Assembly (NCBI RefSeq): GCF_000008645.1
Contig: NC_000916.1
Location: forward strand, 120,001 to 152,000
Direction: 5' to 3'
Length of the DNA stretch: 32,000 nt
Source: Methanothermobacter thermautotrophicus str. Delta H
GTDB lineage: Archaea; Methanobacteriota; Methanobacteria; Methanobacteriales; Methanothermobacteraceae
Below, one piece after another: positions 1-8,203 of this stretch (positions are counted from its first letter, which is position 1; the number at the start of each line of letters is the position of its first letter). Position numbers and translations under genes: made by a program. A model generated the notes under the pieces. That model was not told the DNA's origin, did not search any database, and worked only from the letters and a program-made list of their open reading frames with translations.

Positions 1-990
1 GCAGAGGAGGCCCTGATCGTCAGCAAGGAGAAATTCAGGGAACTCTTCAGGAACATGAGGAGCGGCATAATTGCTGTTGAATCTGATGGAAAGGGATTCC
101 GGGTTAAATCCATGAACCCGGCAGCCGAGAGGATGGAGGGCGTCTCCTGCGCCGCCATCCAGGGTATGGATCTTCAGGAGGCACTCCCTGAGATCTGGAA
201 CTCCCCCATCAGGAGGGCCCTCCAGGAGATCAGGGAGACCGGTGAGGCCATCCATTGTCCGGAGGTTGAATGTGGGGAGGGATGGTTTGATGTGCACCTC
301 CACCAGCTATCAACCGGGGAGGTGGTCATCATCTGCACCGACATAACCCTCAGGAAGCAGTATGAGGATGAACTCAGAGCATCGCTCAGGGAGAAGGAGG
401 CCCTCCTCAGGGAGGTGCACCACAGGGTCAAGAACAACTTCCAGGTAATATCCAGTCTCATAAATCTTCAGCTCGATGATGCTGAGGATCCAGCGCCCCT
501 CAGGGACCTTCAGAGCAGGATCCAGTCCATGGCCCTCGTCCATGAACTGCTCTATGAGTCAGAGGATCTCACAAGCATTGACATGGGGCGCTACATAGAG
601 AGGCTCACCTCCTCCATAGTTAACAGCCACCATAACGGGGAAATAGAAGTTGAGGTGGCGGTGGGTGACATAACACTTCCCCTTGAAACAGCCATCCCCC
701 TGGGTCTCATCATCAACGAACTCGTCACCAACTCCTTCAAGCATGCCTTCACGTCCGGTGGAATGATAAGCGTAGAACTGGAGGAACATGGCGGTGAATT
801 CACACTCACCATCACAGATAATGGTGTGGGTCTTCCCCCTGATTTTATAATTGAAGATTCGGATTCCCTGGGCCTCAGGCTGGTGGCGGGCCTTGTGGAT
901 CAGATTGACGGGACCCTCGAGGTTTCCGGGGAGGATGGGACCAGGTTCAGGTTAACCTTTGGAGTTGTTCCTTACCGTCGGAGGGTCTGA
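1..990 (+). CDS. Sensor histidine kinase (PAS + HisKA_2-type phosphoacceptor + HATPase_c); 5' end lies outside the window
   Basis: The frame of ORF 55..990 stays open back to nt 1 (AEEALIVSKEKFRELFRN...), so the ATG at 55 is probably internal. H-box 'HHRVKNNFQVISSLINLQ', N-box 'NELVTNSFKHAF', G-boxes 'DNGVGLP' and 'GLRLV'. Confidence 0.85.
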   Translation, partial: AEEALIVSKEKFRELFRNMRSGIIAVESDGKGFRVKSMNPAAERMEGVSCAAIQGMDLQEALPEIWNSPIRRALQEIRETGEAIHCPEVECGEGWFDVHLHQLSTGEVVIICTDITLRKQYEDELRASLREKEALLREVHHRVKNNFQVISSLINLQLDDAEDPAPLRDLQSRIQSMALVHELLYESEDLTSIDMGRYIERLTSSIVNSHHNGEIEVEVAVGDITLPLETAIPLGLIINELVTNSFKHAFTSGGMISVELEEHGGEFTLTITDNGVGLPPDFIIEDSDSLGLRLVAGLVDQIDGTLEVSGEDGTRFRLTFGVVPYRRRV

Positions 991-1118
991 TGATCTGTGA
1001 TTTGAGGGTATTCCTGTGGGTCTTGGAGGGTCTGAAAATCATAACTTGATGAGCAGGCACCGACTCTGATTCAGGGGTAATGGCAAAATTTAAGTTGTAA
1101 TTACTGTATCATTTAACC

Positions 1119-2315
1119 ATGGCTCTCACACCAAGAGGGGACGTCCTCAGGACAGTCATGGATTACCTTGAGATAGAGTCCAGGGATTCTGTGGACAGAA
1201 GGAGGGACCTGTGGAGGTCAATCTCGGATAAATTCATAAGGACGGCTGATGGATCCTACACCCTGAAATCTGAGGCCGGAGAGGCGATGCACACCCGGGT
1301 GGGGGCCCTAACAGAGGCCATTGAGAAATTTGTAAAACCCACGGTTTCAGGGATCAAAGACGATTTAAGGGTCCTGGACCTCTGCTCAGGTCTGGGATAC
1401 AATACCGCAGCCCTCCTGGAGTTCACAGACGCATCCAGTGTAACGGTTGATATGGTGGAGATCTCAGCAGGGACCATGGCCACCGCCCTCATTGTACCAT
1501 CCCCGAATCCAGCCCATAAAATCGTTAAGGGGGCTTATGAGGACTTTCTGTTATCTGAGGGATTACTGTCCCTCAGGACCTCACCTCCAGCACCCTCAGG
1601 CATCGAGCTGAGGGTCCACTGTGGGGATGCAAGGGCAGTGGTACCCCTTCTTGAGAGGGAATACTATGACGCCATATTTCTGGACGCATTCAGTCCAAGG
1701 GTGGCCCCTGAACTCTACACTGTCGAATTCATCTCACTCCTCGCAGGGGTGCTGAAGAAGAGGGGCGTACTTGCGACATACACCTCCGCAGCCCCCATGA
1801 GGGCAGCCCTCATCGAAGCAGGATTCCATGTGGGCCAGGGACCTGTGTTCGGGAGAAAATCAGGGGGAACACTGGCCTCCATGGACCCCCGGATGGTCAG
1901 AAAGCCCCTTGACTGGAGGGATGAACGCATGATAGCCCTCAGTGATGCAGGGATACCCTACAGGGACCCTGAATTATCTGCAGATGCCCTGGAAATAATG
2001 GGGAGACGGAGGGTCGAGAGGATGTCTGCGAGGGGCGTTACAAGGATATCATCAGCGGTTAAAACCCCACTCTACCTTGGTTCAGAGCAGGTAGAGGGGA
2101 GAACCGGGAGGCGCGTCCGGAGAAACCTCAGCAGAATAGGTATAGATGACCCTTCAGGTCCGGAGGCGCTATACATAATCTGCCCCCAGATGGATGAATG
2201 CATATGTGGCTGTGGGGAGGATAGACCAGCCAGCTCAAGGGATAGGGTCATATCCATGAGGAGGAGGCTGATGGACCTGGTTAACCTGCGACACCTTGCT
2301 GATAAAGCAGGTTAG
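1119..2315 (+). CDS. SAM-dependent methyltransferase, MnmC-methyltransferase-domain-like, with an Arg/Cys-rich C-terminal extension
   Basis: 398-aa ORF. 'RVLDLCSGLGYNTAALLE' is a SAM motif I. 'YDAIFLDAFSPRVAPELYTVEF' resembles the D-x-F-x-P-x-x-N-P-E-L-W signature of MnmC-type enzymes. The C-terminal ~150 aa are unassigned and contain 'CPQMDECICGCG'. A TATA-like AAATTTAAG lies ~30 nt upstream. Confidence 0.7.
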   Translation: MALTPRGDVLRTVMDYLEIESRDSVDRRRDLWRSISDKFIRTADGSYTLKSEAGEAMHTRVGALTEAIEKFVKPTVSGIKDDLRVLDLCSGLGYNTAALLEFTDASSVTVDMVEISAGTMATALIVPSPNPAHKIVKGAYEDFLLSEGLLSLRTSPPAPSGIELRVHCGDARAVVPLLEREYYDAIFLDAFSPRVAPELYTVEFISLLAGVLKKRGVLATYTSAAPMRAALIEAGFHVGQGPVFGRKSGGTLASMDPRMVRKPLDWRDERMIALSDAGIPYRDPELSADALEIMGRRRVERMSARGVTRISSAVKTPLYLGSEQVEGRTGRRVRRNLSRIGIDDPSGPEALYIICPQMDECICGCGEDRPASSRDRVISMRRRLMDLVNLRHLADKAG

Positions 2316-2540
2316 TATGTGATCCAGCCCTGCTTCCAGTGTTTCTGAGGCATGGATTATGTGGGAGGATTTTTAGGGTGCTGATTACATATTAATCAGT
2401 ATCATCGTGGATATACACTGATCTGAGCATGTAGTATCTGGTGGTAGCCACTGCAGAGTACCTGTTAATCAGTATCATTCTGCTTGATTTCACTGATCAG
2501 CAGGGGGAACACCCTGCTAATGACTTTATGGGAGGATTTC

Positions 2541-4481
2541 ATGTTTGAAATAAAATCAAAGGACGGCCTCGGAAGGACGGGGATCCTTAAAACAGAGCAT
2601 GGGACCGTAAGGACACCAGCGCTCATGCCTGTAATACATCCAGGTAAACAGACCATCGATGTTAAGGGCCCCGGAGCCGAGATTGTGATAACGAATGCAT
2701 ACATAATCTACAGAAACCCTGAACTGAGGGAGAGGGCTCTCAGTGATGGAGTTCACAGACTGATAGACTTCGACGGACCCATAATGACGGATTCAGGTTC
2801 ATTCCAGCTATCAGAGTACGGGGACATTGAGGTCGAGAACCCTGAGATAATACGTTTCCAGGATGAGATAGGCACAGACATAGGCACATCACTGGACATA
2901 CCAACACCACCTGGTGTTAGCCACAGGAGGGCCATAGAGGAGGTTGAGGTCACCCTTGAGAGGGCCAGGGAGTCCATTGAGTACAGGGAGAGAATGATGC
3001 TCAATGCCGTTGTACAGGGTTCAACACACCCTGACCTGAGGAGGTACTGCGCATCACGCCTGGCCGAGCTACCGGTGGAGCTCCACCCCATCGGTGCTGT
3101 GGTGCCTCTAATGGAGTCCTACCGCTACAGGGAACTCGTCGACGCCGTACTTTCATCGGTATCTGAGCTCCCACCCTCAAGGCCAAGGCACCTCATGGGG
3201 GCAGGCCACCCAATGCTATTCGCCCTGGCAGTTTCAATGGGGTGCGACCTCTTTGATTCAGCGGCCTACATACTCTACGCAGAGGATGACCGCCTCCTCA
3301 GCACTGAGGGAACATACAAACTTGAGAACCTCCAGGAGATGCCATGTTCCTGCAGTGTCTGCACGGATTACACACCATCAGAGCTCATGGGGATGGACAG
3401 GGAGGAGCGGAGGAACCTGATAGCGGAACACAACCTGCATGTGAGCTTCGCAGAGATAAGGAAGGTCCGCCAGGCAATCCACGACGGAAACCTCATGGAA
3501 CTGGTCGAAGAGCGCTGCAGGGCACACCCCCGCCTCCTTGAGGGGTACAGGCGCATGTCAGAGTACCTTGATCTCATTGAAAAATTTGAGCCCAGGTCCA
3601 AGAGGTCGGCCTTCTTCTACACAGGCCCAGAGTCACTGGGGCGCGTGGAGGTCCACAGACACCTTAAAAGGGTTAAGGAGCACCTCGGGGAAAGATTAGC
3701 CCTCGTGGCCCCATCAAGGAGGCCCTACTCATCCAGCCTCCCCGCCAGGATCGGGGGTTTCAGTTCACTGAGACCCCAGAGTGGGGGACCATGGAGGGTC
3801 GTGGTGGTGGACCTCCCCTTCGGTATAATCCCCCTGGAACTTGACCAGGTATACCCCCTGGCCCAGAGCGATGCCCCGGGTATAATGGACCTTGACGGGG
3901 AGGAGTTCCTTAGGGGCCTTGTCAGGGACCTCATGGATGGAGATGCAATAGTGGACGATGCCCTCTGCAGCGAACTTGGAATTGAACTCCCCTACAAGTA
4001 CATGGGTGAAGTTGAAACCACCGTTGATGACCTGGACCGTGTGAGGATGGTGGCAGACTACCAGTTCGGTATGGGCGCTGGTGAACTCCTCTTCACCGAT
4101 GATGTGAGGATTGAGAGGAGCCGCAACACGGGTAAGATAAGGCACATATATGCAGGGGATGAGCTCATCTGCACCATGAGGGCATCAGATGGTCTCCTGG
4201 TCCTCGGGGCAGAGGGGGCGGTCAGGCTCCACAAGGGAACAGACTACCCTGCCTGGAGGGTGGCAGTAAATGAGGAGTCTGAACCCTTTGCAAGGAAGGG
4301 TAAAAGTGTTTTTGCAAAGTTTATAATAGACTGCGACAATAATATAAGGGCCAACGATGAAGTTTTAATTGTTAATGCTGATGATGAACTTCTGGCCACA
4401 GGCAAGGCACTCCTCTGTGCCGAGGAGATGATGGACCTCAACCATGGCCAGGCAGTTAAAACCAGGAAAGGAGGATTTTAA
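2541..4481 (+). CDS. tgtA: Archaeosine tRNA-guanine transglycosylase (ArcTGT) with C-terminal PUA domain
   Basis: ATG 2541 is preceded by GGAGGA (2531-2536); the 19 extra codons of the ORF-track call (2484) have no support. Motifs 'GRTGILKTEHGTVRTPALMPV' and 'DSGSFQ', Zn-site 'CSCSVC...H', and a PUA-like C-terminus 'KGKSVFAKFIIDCDNNIRANDEVLIV'. Confidence 0.93.
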   Translation: MFEIKSKDGLGRTGILKTEHGTVRTPALMPVIHPGKQTIDVKGPGAEIVITNAYIIYRNPELRERALSDGVHRLIDFDGPIMTDSGSFQLSEYGDIEVENPEIIRFQDEIGTDIGTSLDIPTPPGVSHRRAIEEVEVTLERARESIEYRERMMLNAVVQGSTHPDLRRYCASRLAELPVELHPIGAVVPLMESYRYRELVDAVLSSVSELPPSRPRHLMGAGHPMLFALAVSMGCDLFDSAAYILYAEDDRLLSTEGTYKLENLQEMPCSCSVCTDYTPSELMGMDREERRNLIAEHNLHVSFAEIRKVRQAIHDGNLMELVEERCRAHPRLLEGYRRMSEYLDLIEKFEPRSKRSAFFYTGPESLGRVEVHRHLKRVKEHLGERLALVAPSRRPYSSSLPARIGGFSSLRPQSGGPWRVVVVDLPFGIIPLELDQVYPLAQSDAPGIMDLDGEEFLRGLVRDLMDGDAIVDDALCSELGIELPYKYMGEVETTVDDLDRVRMVADYQFGMGAGELLFTDDVRIERSRNTGKIRHIYAGDELICTMRASDGLLVLGAEGAVRLHKGTDYPAWRVAVNEESEPFARKGKSVFAKFIIDCDNNIRANDEVLIVNADDELLATGKALLCAEEMMDLNHGQAVKTRKGGF

Positions 4482-4835
4482 TTGATACCGGGTATGGGAA
4501 TGAACCCCAAGCAGCTGAAACAGATGCAGAGGGCCATGAAGCAGATGGGAATGGATATGAAGGATCTTCGTGGCGTTGAAGAGGTTGTTATCAAACTCAA
4601 GAGGAAGGAGATCATAATAAAAAACCCCAAGGTCAATGTAATGGAGTTCATGGGACAGAAGACATACCAGGTGACTGGTAAGGCCCGTGAAAGGTCCCTT
4701 GAAGCTGAAATGGAGATACCCGAGGATGACATCGAACTGGTCATGAACCAGACCGGTGCAAGCAGGGAGGACGCCACAAGGGCCCTCCAGGAGACAGGGG
4801 GGGACCTTGCAGAGGCAATTATGAGGCTGAGCTGA
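4482..4835 (+). CDS. nac: Nascent polypeptide-associated complex protein (archaeal NAC, NAC domain + UBA)
   Basis: ORF starts with TTG immediately after the tgtA stop (alternative ATGs at 4494/4500). NAC domain 'VIKLKRKEIIIKNPKVNVMEFMGQKTYQVTG'. C-terminal UBA-like 'EDDIELVMNQTGASREDATRALQETGGDLAEAIMRL'. Confidence 0.9.
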   Translation: MIPGMGMNPKQLKQMQRAMKQMGMDMKDLRGVEEVVIKLKRKEIIIKNPKVNVMEFMGQKTYQVTGKARERSLEAEMEIPEDDIELVMNQTGASREDATRALQETGGDLAEAIMRLS

Positions 4836-5425
4836 TGGTACTGATAGCCCATATCTCGGACCTCCATGTGGGCGCACCCAATTTCAAGGAGGACATACTC
4901 CTTGAGGCCATAAGACAGATCAACAAACTCAAACCCGATGCAACTGTCATAACTGGGGACCTCACAGATAACGGCTACTACCTTGAATTCCTTCAGGCAG
5001 CAGAGTACCTCAGCGACCTTAAGGGACCCCACATATTTGTACCAGGAAACCATGATGCCAGGCACGTGGGCAATGAGACCTTCGAGGATGTTTTCAGGTA
5101 CCGCCGGGGAACCTTTGTGATGGACGGTCTCACCATCATAGGACTGGACAGCAGTGAACCCGACCTCGATTACGGGAAGATAGGGAGGTCCCAGCAGATC
5201 TGGATGGAGGATGAACTTGACAGGGCGTCCTCGAGGGGGCACATCCGGGTCATAGCTCTGCATCACCACATAATCCCCGTGCCCAAGACGGGACGTGAGA
5301 GGAACGTCCTTGCAGATGCAGGTGACATACTCCAGTCAATAATCAGTAAGGGCGCCGACCTGGTCATATCGGGCCACAAGCATGTTCCCCCACGTCTGGA
5401 GGCCTGGAGAACACCTTCTTTGTAA
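4835..5425 (+). CDS. Calcineurin-like metallophosphoesterase, apparently truncated by frameshift(s) just after the GHKH motif
   Basis: The ATG overlaps the nac stop (TGATG). Ordered motifs 'ISDLHVG', 'ITGDLTDNG', 'VPGNHD', 'ALHHH', 'ISGHKH'. The ORF ends 14 codons after GHKH, while family-like sequence continues in another frame (next feature). Confidence 0.8.
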   Translation: MVLIAHISDLHVGAPNFKEDILLEAIRQINKLKPDATVITGDLTDNGYYLEFLQAAEYLSDLKGPHIFVPGNHDARHVGNETFEDVFRYRRGTFVMDGLTIIGLDSSEPDLDYGKIGRSQQIWMEDELDRASSRGHIRVIALHHHIIPVPKTGRERNVLADAGDILQSIISKGADLVISGHKHVPPRLEAWRTPSL

Positions 5426-5568
5426 CTGCCGGGACGGTCTCATCCCTCAAACTGAGGGGTAAAGATATTAACTCATATAATACATATTACATTGATGAGG
5501 ATTCCATGAGAATAGTTCTCAATCAGGTGCAGGGAGAGAGCATTGAACTGGCATCCTGCAGCCTGTAA
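5404..5568 (+). pseudogene. Out-of-frame 3' continuation of the metallophosphoesterase (LENTFFVTAGTVSSLKLRGKDINSYNTYYIDEDSMRIVLNQVQGESIELASCSL*)
   Basis: This frame is open from 5404 to TAA 5566-5568. It ends 13 nt before the RBS of the next gene, filling an otherwise unexplained 165-nt gap. 'HVWR' is encoded in the third frame at 5391-5402. Confidence 0.6.
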
Positions 5569-5590
5569 AATATCAGCTAAAGGTGGTTAC

Positions 5591-6616
5591 TTGAGGGTAA
5601 TTATAGATGCATCGAACGTGGCCCATTCAAGGAAGAACGATGAGGAGAAGCCATGCATAGAGAACATACTGTCAGCGGCAGAGGAACTTGAGAAACTTGG
5701 CTACGAACCTGTTATAATCGCCGATGCATCCCTGCGACATGAGATAGATGATAAGGAGCAGTTCAGGAAGCTCCTTGAGGAGGGTAAATTCCAGCAGGTC
5801 CCCTCAGGTACCAGTGCCGACCACTTCATACTGAAGATGGCTGAGGAGGAGGATGCCAAGATACTCTCAAATGATGTTTTCAGGGACTACAAGGACGAAT
5901 TCCAGGATATAAACAGCAGGAGAATACCCTACACCTTCAGGGAGGATAAGATTCTGATAGGGACCTCCGGGAAACCAAAGAAGGTCAAGAATATACTTCA
6001 GAAGATATGCAATGAGGCCCTCAGGGAATTTGAGAGGAAGAGGATCGACGCATATAAGGTTAAAAGGGGCAAGAAACTCAGCGGTATAGCCATAGCAAAG
6101 GAGGCAATAGACAGAATAAGCAGGAGTCAGGAGGAGGGTCTCGAACCCAGACTTGAGGGCATATTCATGAAGCTACCCCTCTTCGAAAGGTTCATGAGCA
6201 TGGTTGAGGAGGTTGAGAGGACCAGCAACTACATAATATTCGTCCTTGTTCATCCAAAGGATTACCGTGATGCTGTGAAGTACGCCGGGAACATCGCAGT
6301 CACCGTCGGCGACAGGCTGAAACTGGAACACGCCCCCCTGGTGGCTGTCAGGAATGATCTCTTCCTCAAACCAGGCACCTTTGAGCTCAACATAATGTAC
6401 TCGGAGGATGTCATGGAGGAGGCCCCCTACAATGTTAACATAACCATAAATGATCATGATTACAGCTTCGTTAAGAAGAACTCAAGGAACATAGCGAGCA
6501 CCCTCGCGGCAAGGATAGGTTCATGGAGATTCCCCATAGTGTCTGTTAAACCAAGCATGCTCCTTGAGAAGCCAGGGGAGTTTGAGGTAGTCCTGGAGAA
6601 GGGAGGCAATGATTGA
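5591..6616 (+). CDS. NYN / Zc3h12a-like (PIN-like) ribonuclease domain protein with an unassigned ~200-aa C-terminal region
   Basis: TTG 5591 is preceded by AGGTGG (5581-5586). The ORF-track start at 5543 is also TTG but lacks an RBS and would overlap the phosphoesterase tail. N-terminal 'VIIDASNVAH', 'PVIIADASLRHEI', 'SADHFILKMA', 'ILSNDVFRDY' follow the NYN-domain residue order. Confidence 0.65.
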   Translation: MRVIIDASNVAHSRKNDEEKPCIENILSAAEELEKLGYEPVIIADASLRHEIDDKEQFRKLLEEGKFQQVPSGTSADHFILKMAEEEDAKILSNDVFRDYKDEFQDINSRRIPYTFREDKILIGTSGKPKKVKNILQKICNEALREFERKRIDAYKVKRGKKLSGIAIAKEAIDRISRSQEEGLEPRLEGIFMKLPLFERFMSMVEEVERTSNYIIFVLVHPKDYRDAVKYAGNIAVTVGDRLKLEHAPLVAVRNDLFLKPGTFELNIMYSEDVMEEAPYNVNITINDHDYSFVKKNSRNIASTLAARIGSWRFPIVSVKPSMLLEKPGEFEVVLEKGGND

Positions 6617-7821
6617 TGGTCATGGATTATCTGCTGCGGAAGATACTGGGTTTCTTCCTGGGATACAGGGTCCTCAGCATAGGGACCAGGTACATGCCCA
6701 CCAACAGTACAGAGCGCGAATACGTGGAAATGCTAAACTACACCAGAACAATGCTCATAGAGATTGAAAGGGCCCATATAAACACCAGCAACATATTCGA
6801 TAACCTCACAAGGGAGCTGGGGACAGAAAACATACCAGGAAACAGGAAGTTCATTGAAATCAAACCCGCTGATGAGGAGGTCGACGAATACGCCCTCCTG
6901 AGTAACATAATAATGGGAAGTGACCGCTACCTCTACATCGAGATATTCAACGGCGGCCGGATAGTGGATGAATTCGTGGATATCATCGAGAATGAAAATG
7001 GAAAGATAATCGAGAAGAGCTCAAGTGAGGTGCTTGCCAGGTTCCTCTCCAAGAATGACGCCATAAGGGTTGCTATAAAAATTATAGGCGCTGGAAGCAG
7101 GAGAGGGATAAATGTGAGGGCCGCGGCGGGCATGACAGGCGCTGCAGCCATTGAAAGGGCCATAAACCTCAACAGGGAGATAGGGGAGGTCCCGGGTGTC
7201 GGGTTCACAAAGCTTGGGGGTGAATTTGCCATAATATTCACAGGTGAATTTGAAACCCCCACCGGAGCGCCGTCCTACCGTGACAACTACCTCTTCACCG
7301 ACATGATCGACTCCACAGCATTCATAGAGAGGTATGGCCGTGACAGCCTCGTTGAGATAATGAATGACATAAAGGCCTACATGGAGAACGACTGCAAGGG
7401 GAAGATTGAGGGTTACCGTGAGGGTGGAGACGACCTCATAGCCAACTTCCCAACCAAGGACATGGCCCTCAGGGCCGGTATAGATTCTGCATGGCATGCA
7501 ATGGATAACGGCGCAAATATAAGGGTCGGGATTGGCCGCACAAGGAGGGAGGCCGGTGAGAGGGCCCAGCTGGCCGATGAGATAATGCTCTGGAACCCCA
7601 CATCCATCATGGTATTCGATGTTGCAGATGGCCTCTACGGGTACTTCATACCATCACCCTTCACACGGTCAGTCATAGATTTCTTCATGAACAGGAAGTC
7701 TGTGGCCTTCCTCGTGTTTATCTTTGTCTTCGTTGCAACCTTCCTCGGGTGGAACATGGGTCACTGGGAGTTTGGCCTCGTCGCAATCCTGCTTGCTGTT
7801 ATCTATGGGGCCACGGCATGA
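6616..7821 (+). CDS. Membrane-anchored protein with a class III nucleotidyl cyclase / GGDEF-like palm domain (GGDD motif), preceded by a degenerate copy; two C-terminal TM helices
   Basis: ATG 6616 overlaps the upstream TGA (TGATG) and is preceded by GGGAGG (6601-6606). Motifs 'YLFTDMIDSTAF', 'YREGGDDLIANF', 'IRVGIGRT' occur in the order and spacing of cyclase/GGDEF palms. Hydrophobic C-terminus 'VAFLVFIFVFVATFLGW' and 'FGLVAILLAVIYGA'. Confidence 0.55.
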   Translation: MVMDYLLRKILGFFLGYRVLSIGTRYMPTNSTEREYVEMLNYTRTMLIEIERAHINTSNIFDNLTRELGTENIPGNRKFIEIKPADEEVDEYALLSNIIMGSDRYLYIEIFNGGRIVDEFVDIIENENGKIIEKSSSEVLARFLSKNDAIRVAIKIIGAGSRRGINVRAAAGMTGAAAIERAINLNREIGEVPGVGFTKLGGEFAIIFTGEFETPTGAPSYRDNYLFTDMIDSTAFIERYGRDSLVEIMNDIKAYMENDCKGKIEGYREGGDDLIANFPTKDMALRAGIDSAWHAMDNGANIRVGIGRTRREAGERAQLADEIMLWNPTSIMVFDVADGLYGYFIPSPFTRSVIDFFMNRKSVAFLVFIFVFVATFLGWNMGHWEFGLVAILLAVIYGATA

Positions 7822-7870
7822 AAAGAAATCTATTTAAGGATACTTCAAGATAATATTAAGGGGAATTGAA

Positions 7871-8158
7871 ATGAGACCTGAAACCGAGGCTAAAATCATT
7901 GTTAGCTTCCTGATTTCCCTTATAGCCTTTGGGTGCGGGTCAGGCCTGGGCATTGCAATCGGTCTTTCCGGCGGAGACATCACATCTGTTGATATTAATA
8001 ATACATCGTCCACTGATAATGTCCAGCTGACCCCCAGCAGCACCAACCACCTTCCCCTTAACGGTATAAAGGAGCAGGGAAGGGAGGTAGCTGAGAACGG
8101 CAATGGGGAAGTCAACGTTGTTAACAACCAGGGGTCCTCCAACAACACCACCTACTGA
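7871..8158 (+). CDS. Small membrane-anchored hypothetical protein with an Asn/Ser/Thr-rich tail
   Basis: ATG is preceded by AAGGGGA (7858-7864). One TM segment 'IIVSFLISLIAFGCGSGLGIAIGL'. The tail carries N-x-S/T sequons (NNTS, NNTT). No homology recognised. Confidence 0.45.
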   Translation: MRPETEAKIIVSFLISLIAFGCGSGLGIAIGLSGGDITSVDINNTSSTDNVQLTPSSTNHLPLNGIKEQGREVAENGNGEVNVVNNQGSSNNTTY

Positions 8159-8203
8159 TGGGAGACGACCCCAGCGAACTTTTTTTACGGGAGAGTGTAT
8201 ACA

